8,616 nt of DNA from Candidatus Nanopusillus sp. (GTDB lineage: Archaea; Nanobdellota; Nanobdellia; Nanobdellales; Nanobdellaceae), in the NCBI GenBank assembly GCA_036845085.1, contig DAIUEN010000025.1, positions 1-8,616 of the forward strand, read 5' to 3'. Below are positions 1-4,926 of this stretch, piece by piece. The translations under genes and the position numbers were made by a program. Under the pieces are notes generated by a model that was not told where the DNA came from, did no database searches, and saw nothing but the letters and a program-made list of their open reading frames with translations. The first letter of the stretch is position 1, and the number at the start of each line of letters is the position of its first letter.

Positions 1-473
1 ACTCTGTACTCTATAACATTAGTGGAAACATTATTCAAAAAATAAATTCTTATCCGAATATAACAATATCGGGATACTATAATTCTGGAACTTTAATATT
101 TAATATATTTAATTATGGAAATTCTCCAGCATACAATACTTATATAAAATTATATGGTCAAGGAGATTGTTTAATTTTGCCAAATCAAGGATATATTGGA
201 GAGATAGATCCAGGGAATTCCGATTCTATTATATTTACAATAAAGTTTTGTGATTCCAATACTGAAATATATGCTGAAGTCTACTACAGTGATATATTTG
301 ATAGAGAATATAGAATTGAATATAAAAACGTTTTAAAGAATCTTGGATATATGAATTCTAATGAGAAAAGTTCAGAAAATAACTATAACTTTATTATATT
401 ATTGATAATTTTGGTAATGATTGGCATTTTACTCTATTTTATAAAAAATAGAAAGAAGTATGAGAATAAATGA
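1..473 (+). CDS. 3' portion of a larger gene (5' end outside the window): CARDB/COG1361-like cell-surface protein with a C-terminal transmembrane anchor
   Basis: The frame is open from nt 3 to the TGA at 471-473. I translated 3-176 by hand (SVLYNISGNIIQKINSYPNITISGYYNSGTLIFNIFNYGNSPAYNTYIKLYGQGDCLIL) and found no stops, so the TTG at 177 in the ORF track is probably not the true start. The beta-rich pattern (FNYGNSPAYNTYIKLY ... IGEIDPGNSDSIIFTI ... YAEVYYSD) resembles CARDB / 'S-layer-like' COG1361 domains. The protein ends in a hydrophobic helix (FIILLIILVMIGILLYFI) plus a basic tail (KNRKKYENK). The family assignment is from pattern memory, not a search. Confidence 0.55.
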   Translation, partial: SVLYNISGNIIQKINSYPNITISGYYNSGTLIFNIFNYGNSPAYNTYIKLYGQGDCLILPNQGYIGEIDPGNSDSIIFTIKFCDSNTEIYAEVYYSDIFDREYRIEYKNVLKNLGYMNSNEKSSENNYNFIILLIILVMIGILLYFIKNRKKYENK

Positions 474-1629
474 TTACATGTTTTTAATAATTAGGTATTT
501 AAAAACTAAAAAAATAAGAACTTTTTTAACTTCTCTAGGAATTACCATAGGAGTAGCTACTATATTCACACTAATTTCTTTGACTAGTGGATTAAAACAT
601 TATATTCAAAGCGAATTAAGTACTTTTGGAGATAAAGTATTATTTATATATCCTGGTGCGTCAGTGAGTTTTTTTGGTAGGATTTCTGGGACTTTTGACA
701 GTAAATTTATACAAGATATTGAAAAAATGCCAGGAATAGAGAGGGTAGTACATGCTTATCGTACTACTACAACTTTAGAATATGGAAAAGAAAAAATAGG
801 CGCTTATGTATTAGTAATAAATCCAAAATATGTTGATTACTTAAATTATATAAATTATAGATTATATAAAGGAATATTCATAAAAAATAATAATAATTGT
901 GAAGTTACGATAGGATATAACCTAGCAAATTCTGAATCTAAAAAAATAAATGTTGGAGATTATATAAATGTATTTAATAAAAAATGTAAAGTCGTGGGGA
1001 TATTACAACAAACTGGAGGGATTTCGGATTATGAAATAATCTTTCCAGAAGGCGAGTATATAAAGTTATTCGGGGAAATAAAGTATAATTATTTAATGGT
1101 TTTTACTTATGACTATAATTTAGCATATTTATCTATAAGCAATTATATAAATTCTATAAAGGGAAAAACCTATACTCTAGTATCTGCAAAAACAATAGGA
1201 GAAACTGCTAATAGAATAATTGGGAGTTTGTCTTTATTTTTATTGGTAATAGCATTTATATCTATAATAATATCGGCTATAAATATTGTAAATACCATGT
1301 ATACTTCCGTATTAGAGAGATATAAAGAGATAGGTTTACTAAAGGCAATAGGAATGAAAAGTAGAGAAGTTCTTATATTATTTTTATTAGAATCTGGTTT
1401 TATAGGATTAATTGGTGGGATTTTTGGGATAATATTTGGATTTCTTTTGTCTTATACCTCATCTATAGTATTAATATCTAAAGGCTATGTCGGGTTAAAA
1501 CCATACATAACCTTAGAATTAATTTTATTCTCTCTAATATTTCCTTTTATTGTTGGTATATTGTCCGGGACAATTCCAGCTATAAAGGCATCAAAAATAG
1601 AACCAATGGTTGCTTTGAAATACGAATAA
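460..1629 (+). CDS. MacB/FtsX-type ABC transporter permease (COG0577-like)
   Basis: 389 aa. The architecture is an N-terminal TM helix (IRTFLTSLGITIGVATIFTLISL), a roughly 200-aa extracytoplasmic domain, and a C-terminal three-TM FtsX domain with the characteristic segment YKEIGLLKAIGMKSREVLILFLLESGFIGLIGGIFGIIFG. The start overlaps the upstream stop by 14 nt (ATG 460, TGA 471-473). An in-frame alternative ATG lies at 478. Confidence 0.85.
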   Translation: MRINDYMFLIIRYLKTKKIRTFLTSLGITIGVATIFTLISLTSGLKHYIQSELSTFGDKVLFIYPGASVSFFGRISGTFDSKFIQDIEKMPGIERVVHAYRTTTTLEYGKEKIGAYVLVINPKYVDYLNYINYRLYKGIFIKNNNNCEVTIGYNLANSESKKINVGDYINVFNKKCKVVGILQQTGGISDYEIIFPEGEYIKLFGEIKYNYLMVFTYDYNLAYLSISNYINSIKGKTYTLVSAKTIGETANRIIGSLSLFLLVIAFISIIISAINIVNTMYTSVLERYKEIGLLKAIGMKSREVLILFLLESGFIGLIGGIFGIIFGFLLSYTSSIVLISKGYVGLKPYITLELILFSLIFPFIVGILSGTIPAIKASKIEPMVALKYE

Positions 1630-1677
1630 ATTAGCAAAATATTATAATTTTTAAATTTCGAATAGTCTTTATATACT
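1630..1677 (+). promoter_or_regulatory. Possible terminator/promoter gap upstream of the pilin-like genes
   Basis: This is a 48-nt gap. The T5 run at 1647-1651 could terminate the permease transcript. The TATA-like AATTTTTAAATTT (1645-1657) is centred about 27 nt upstream of ATG 1678. There is no SD-like motif. Confidence 0.25.
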
Positions 1678-2193
1678 ATGAAAGGCATGTCTCTATATAT
1701 AGAATATATATTGCTTATAGCTATATCATCAATTTTATTTTCGCTAGCATTTACATGGTATAATGAAAATAAAATTTATGCTATAAACTTAATAAATAAA
1801 AATAATTTTGACATTTTTGCTAATTATATATCAGATTTATACAAGAATTACGAAGGATATTATTATTATAACAAAAAAATAGATCTAAAAAACTATTTAG
1901 CCCATTGTTTAGATAGATATACATTGATATCATCAGGAGAATTTTGTACTTCTACAGGATCTGACTTTTCTTATACTGGATTGTTAATAGAGGTAAATAA
2001 AATACCATATCTATATGACATTAAAACAAGACTCTATTATCCTCTTGAGGATATTGGAGGAATATATAAAGGATGTTTTAACAATAATTATGTAATATTA
2101 ATTCCTACTGATAATTGCACAAATATATGTTCTGGAAAATGTATACTAGAATTGGAAAAAAATGGAAGTATAATTATATCTATAATAAAATGA
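1678..2193 (+). CDS. Pilin-like protein: putative class III (type IV prepilin-like) signal peptide plus a Cys-rich extracellular domain
   Basis: 171 aa. The N-terminus MKG|MSLYIEYILLIAISSILFSLAF has a very short basic leader ending K-G followed by about 22 hydrophobic residues, as in archaeal prepilins. The remainder is Tyr/Asn-rich with six Cys (AHC, EFC, KGC, DNC, NIC, GKC). The gene sits immediately upstream of a pilus ATPase and platform gene pair. I recognise no homolog. Confidence 0.5.
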   Translation: MKGMSLYIEYILLIAISSILFSLAFTWYNENKIYAINLINKNNFDIFANYISDLYKNYEGYYYYNKKIDLKNYLAHCLDRYTLISSGEFCTSTGSDFSYTGLLIEVNKIPYLYDIKTRLYYPLEDIGGIYKGCFNNNYVILIPTDNCTNICSGKCILELEKNGSIIISIIK

Positions 2194-2426
2194 AATCTCA
2201 ACTATTTTTAGAACAAATGTTACTTATAATCACTTTAATTATATTTATCTCTCTATCTATTCTATTGTATAAAAATCAAGCAAGCAATTTATTGGATAAT
2301 ATATATAAGAATTATGAAAATACTAAAAAGTTGTATTTCATATATCATAAAGAACAGATCGATAACATAACTTCATATTATTACGTGAAAAATAGGTACT
2401 ATGGCGACTTTATTTACTCAAAGTGA
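2190..2426 (+). CDS. Small pilin-like protein (78 aa) with a putative class III signal peptide
   Basis: I prefer the ATG at 2190 over the ORF-track start at 2115. It forms an ATGA start/stop overlap with the upstream gene and yields MKS|QLFLEQMLLIITLIIFISLSILL. If processed after MKS, this gives Q at +1, E at +5 and L at +9, the Q-x-x-x-E-x-x-x-L spacing seen in EppA-dependent (Epd/DUF361-type) archaeal pilins. The 25 codons from 2115 lie inside the upstream gene and encode a non-hydrophobic basic peptide. Confidence 0.5.
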   Translation: MKSQLFLEQMLLIITLIIFISLSILLYKNQASNLLDNIYKNYENTKKLYFIYHKEQIDNITSYYYVKNRYYGDFIYSK

Positions 2427-2477
2427 CAAAATATTGAAAAAAACAATATAAATACTAAAGTATATATCAAACTTTAT
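2427..2477 (+). promoter_or_regulatory. Possible internal promoter upstream of the pilus ATPase
   Basis: This is a 51-nt gap. AATATAAATA (2445-2454) is preceded by a purine-rich GAAAAAAAC and is centred about 28 nt upstream of ATG 2478. There is no SD-like motif. Confidence 0.25.
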
Positions 2478-4046
2478 ATGGTAAAATTAGAACTCAACGA
2501 ATTAATAGAATATTTTGACAAAAGTATAAAAGAGGGTAAATATATTCCAGAATTTAGTGAAGAAAAAAAAGAAAAAATAAATATCTACTACAATTTGATT
2601 GGAAAATTTGCCTATGCTCATATATATTATGATATACTTTCTGATGAATTAATATATGAAGTATTAGAACCAGAACTATCTAAAGAAGAAAATTTGATAT
2701 TAAACAAGATAAAAGATGCTATAATAAAAGATATATATTTAGATCCAGAATCGTATCTAAATAAAGAACCAAAATATGTATTACTATATAAGTTAGTAGA
2801 AATTTTGAAAAAATGGAAAATAAAATTACCAAAAGAGGAGATAACAAAATTTTATTATTATCTATGGAGAGATACTCTGGGATTAGAAAAAATAGAGCCA
2901 TTATTCCACGATCCTTTTATAGAAGATATTTCTTGTGATGGATACGATTTACCTGTATACATACATCATAGTAAACTTGGTACGTTAAAGACAAATATAT
3001 ATTTTGGTAAAGAAGAATTAGACCGATTTATAATAAAATTGTCTCAAAAAGCAGGAAGGGCCATTTCTTATGCGGAACCATTATTAGATGCAACATTACC
3101 AGATGGATCTAGAGTCAATGCTACTTATTCTAAAGATATTACAACAAGAGGACCAACATTTACTATTAGGAAATTTACTGAACAGAAATTATCTATAATA
3201 GATTTAATTAAAATGAATACAATAGATGTAGATATTGCAGCATATTTATGGACTTTAGTAGAATCTAGGGCGAATATATTGATTGCAGGTCCTACATCTT
3301 CGGGAAAAACAACTTTACTAAATGCAATTTCCCAGTTTATCCCTCCAGAATCTAAAGTAATATCTATAGAAGATACTAGAGAGATACAATTATATACAAA
3401 TAATTGGATACCAGCTGTTACTAGAAAAGGATTCCTTATAGGAGACAGATATTATGGGGAAGTTTCTATGTATGATTTGTTGAAAGAATCTATGAGACAA
3501 AATCCAGATTATGTTATTGTTGGTGAAGTAAGAGGAGAAGAGGCTTATGTAATGTTTCAGGGGATGGCTTCTGGACATGCAGCTTTATCTACAATACATG
3601 CTGATAGTTGGAGAGCTCTAGTAAAAAGATTGACTACCCCTCCAATAAAATTATCATACGACCAATTATCTTTATTGGAGCTAGCATTATTCATGGTTAG
3701 GGCTAGGAATATAGCTCCATCTGCTAGGAGGGTTAGAGAAGTGTTAGAAGTAGGAAAATATAAAAATAACGTTGTTGAGACAAAAACTACTATTAAGTGG
3801 GATCCTATTAATGATAAATTCGAAAAAAGAGATTTATTTTCTTTAATAGGAGAAGATTTATTGACAAGATCTGGAAGAGTATCTTCTTTAAATGAATCAT
3901 TCAATGAAAAGAAAAAAGTAATAGAATATATGGTTAATAATGATATTAGAGATCCTAAAAAAGTAAGTGAAATTATAAAGATGTATTATTTAGATAAAGA
4001 TCTGCTTTTGGAAAATATGGGAGAAAAAAAGAAAAAGAAAAAATGA
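2478..4046 (+). CDS. Type IV pilus/archaellum-family secretion ATPase (FlaI/PilB/GspE-VirB11 superfamily, COG0630-like)
   Basis: 522 aa, with these motifs:
- N-terminal FlaI-like YEVLEPELSKEE
- FIEDISCDG ... LPDGSRVNATY ... FTIRKF
- Walker A GPTSSGKTT (nt 3288-3314)
- Asp box ISIEDTREI
- Walker B region PDYVIVGEVRGEEA
- His box GHAALSTIHA
The protein ends in an unusual GEKKKKKK tail. Its stop overlaps the next start (ATGA at 4043-4046). Confidence 0.93.
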   Translation: MVKLELNELIEYFDKSIKEGKYIPEFSEEKKEKINIYYNLIGKFAYAHIYYDILSDELIYEVLEPELSKEENLILNKIKDAIIKDIYLDPESYLNKEPKYVLLYKLVEILKKWKIKLPKEEITKFYYYLWRDTLGLEKIEPLFHDPFIEDISCDGYDLPVYIHHSKLGTLKTNIYFGKEELDRFIIKLSQKAGRAISYAEPLLDATLPDGSRVNATYSKDITTRGPTFTIRKFTEQKLSIIDLIKMNTIDVDIAAYLWTLVESRANILIAGPTSSGKTTLLNAISQFIPPESKVISIEDTREIQLYTNNWIPAVTRKGFLIGDRYYGEVSMYDLLKESMRQNPDYVIVGEVRGEEAYVMFQGMASGHAALSTIHADSWRALVKRLTTPPIKLSYDQLSLLELALFMVRARNIAPSARRVREVLEVGKYKNNVVETKTTIKWDPINDKFEKRDLFSLIGEDLLTRSGRVSSLNESFNEKKKVIEYMVNNDIRDPKKVSEIIKMYYLDKDLLLENMGEKKKKKK

Positions 4047-4879
4047 TAGAAGAATTAGTAAAAATATTAAAACCAAACTTTAAAGAAAAAGAAAGATATA
4101 TAGCATATACTCCACTTAAAGTAACATTAGAACAGTATATTAGATTCTCGATTCAATATTCATTATTATTTTCTTTTTTATCTATTATTATAATAAATAT
4201 AATTTTTATTGTTGTTATAAATTACTATGATTTAGTTTTATTTTTATTATCTATAATATTTGGTTTTATAGTTTTTATTTTAGCATTTTTATATTTCTAT
4301 TTCCTACCAGATATATCAAAATTTGACTATTTAAAGAATTTGGAAGATAACTTTCCATACTTTGTTATTTACTTTTATGCTTATGCTGGCTCTGGAATGA
4401 ACATAATAGATATATTCAGGATGATTAATAAAAGAAAGCAATTTGGTGTAATAAATAAAGAAATATCATATTTATTAGTTTTAGTAGATGTTTTTGGAAA
4501 TGATCCTATTTCCGCAATGATACAATTAGCTTCTGTAACACCTTCTAAAAAGTTAAAGACCTTTTTATATGGTGTTGTATCTGTTGTAAGATCTGGTGGT
4601 TCCCTTAGCGATTATATAAAATCTTTGGCAAAGGATGCAATTAATGATTATGAAATACAATTGAAAGTTTATAATGAAAAAGCAAATATTTGGATAACAT
4701 TATATTCTTTCTTCTTTGTAGTATTTCCAATAACCATATTGATATTGGCATTTTTATTTTCTTACGCATATGGAAGTAGTAGTATACTATCCTCATTAAC
4801 ATTTTTCTTTGTTGTTATAATTCCTCTATCATATATAACATTTTTATATATGATTCACATATATCAACCAAAGATTTAA
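4043..4879 (+). CDS. FlaJ/TadC/PilC-like pilus platform membrane protein, single T2SSF-type domain (half-length)
   Basis: 278 aa. It has two N-terminal TM helices (about residues 35-90), then a soluble segment with the typical T2SSF pattern (LEDNFPYFVIYFYAYAGSGMNIIDIF ... FGNDPISAMIQLASVTPSKKLKTFLYGVVSVVRSGGSLSDYIKSLA), then two C-terminal TM helices. It is translationally coupled to the ATPase. Confidence 0.8.
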   Translation: MIEELVKILKPNFKEKERYIAYTPLKVTLEQYIRFSIQYSLLFSFLSIIIINIIFIVVINYYDLVLFLLSIIFGFIVFILAFLYFYFLPDISKFDYLKNLEDNFPYFVIYFYAYAGSGMNIIDIFRMINKRKQFGVINKEISYLLVLVDVFGNDPISAMIQLASVTPSKKLKTFLYGVVSVVRSGGSLSDYIKSLAKDAINDYEIQLKVYNEKANIWITLYSFFFVVFPITILILAFLFSYAYGSSSILSSLTFFFVVIIPLSYITFLYMIHIYQPKI

Positions 4880-4883
4880 TAAT

Positions 4884-4926
4884 AAAAAACTAGTGAATAC
4901 CTTCTGGTATTCCTTTTCTTTTTCTT
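4884..4926. terminator. Putative bidirectional terminator between the convergent platform gene and EF-2 (A-tract, hairpin, T-tract)
   Basis: A perfect 7-bp inverted repeat, GAATACC (4895-4901) / GGTATTC (4906-4912), has a 4-nt loop TTCT. An A6 run lies at 4884-4889 (T6 on the - strand, right after the EF-2 stop). The T-rich run CTTTTCTTTTTCTT lies at 4913-4926 on the + strand. The element overlaps the last codons of EF-2. Archaeal termination mainly uses oligo-T tracts. Confidence 0.4.

Noticed and set aside
177-473. The ORF-track start (TTG at 177) for the first gene, giving a stand-alone 98-aa protein
   Set aside because: The same frame is open back to nt 3 with sensible, domain-like sequence. 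The gene almost certainly begins upstream of the window.
1485-1688. 67-aa ORF on the - strand opposite the permease 3' end
   Set aside because: It is antisense to a well-supported FtsX-domain coding region, has low-complexity composition and has no motif. I treat it as a shadow ORF.
2115-2426. The 103-aa version of the second pilin-like ORF, starting at 2115
   Set aside because: The first 25 codons lie entirely within the upstream gene and encode a basic non-hydrophobic peptide. The ATG at 2190 gives an ATGA coupling overlap and a prepilin-like N-terminus.
2719-3904. Three - strand ORFs (2719-2901, 3390-3578, 3557-3904) opposite the ATPase gene
   Set aside because: All are antisense to a strongly conserved ATPase, with no recognisable motifs. 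They are shadow ORFs of the coding strand.
1678-4879. Calling the locus an archaellum (fla/arl) operon
   Set aside because: There is no archaellin-like FlaB and no FlaH, FlaF/G or FlaCDE/X. The platform protein is half the FlaJ size. The evidence only supports a generic type IV pilus-like system.
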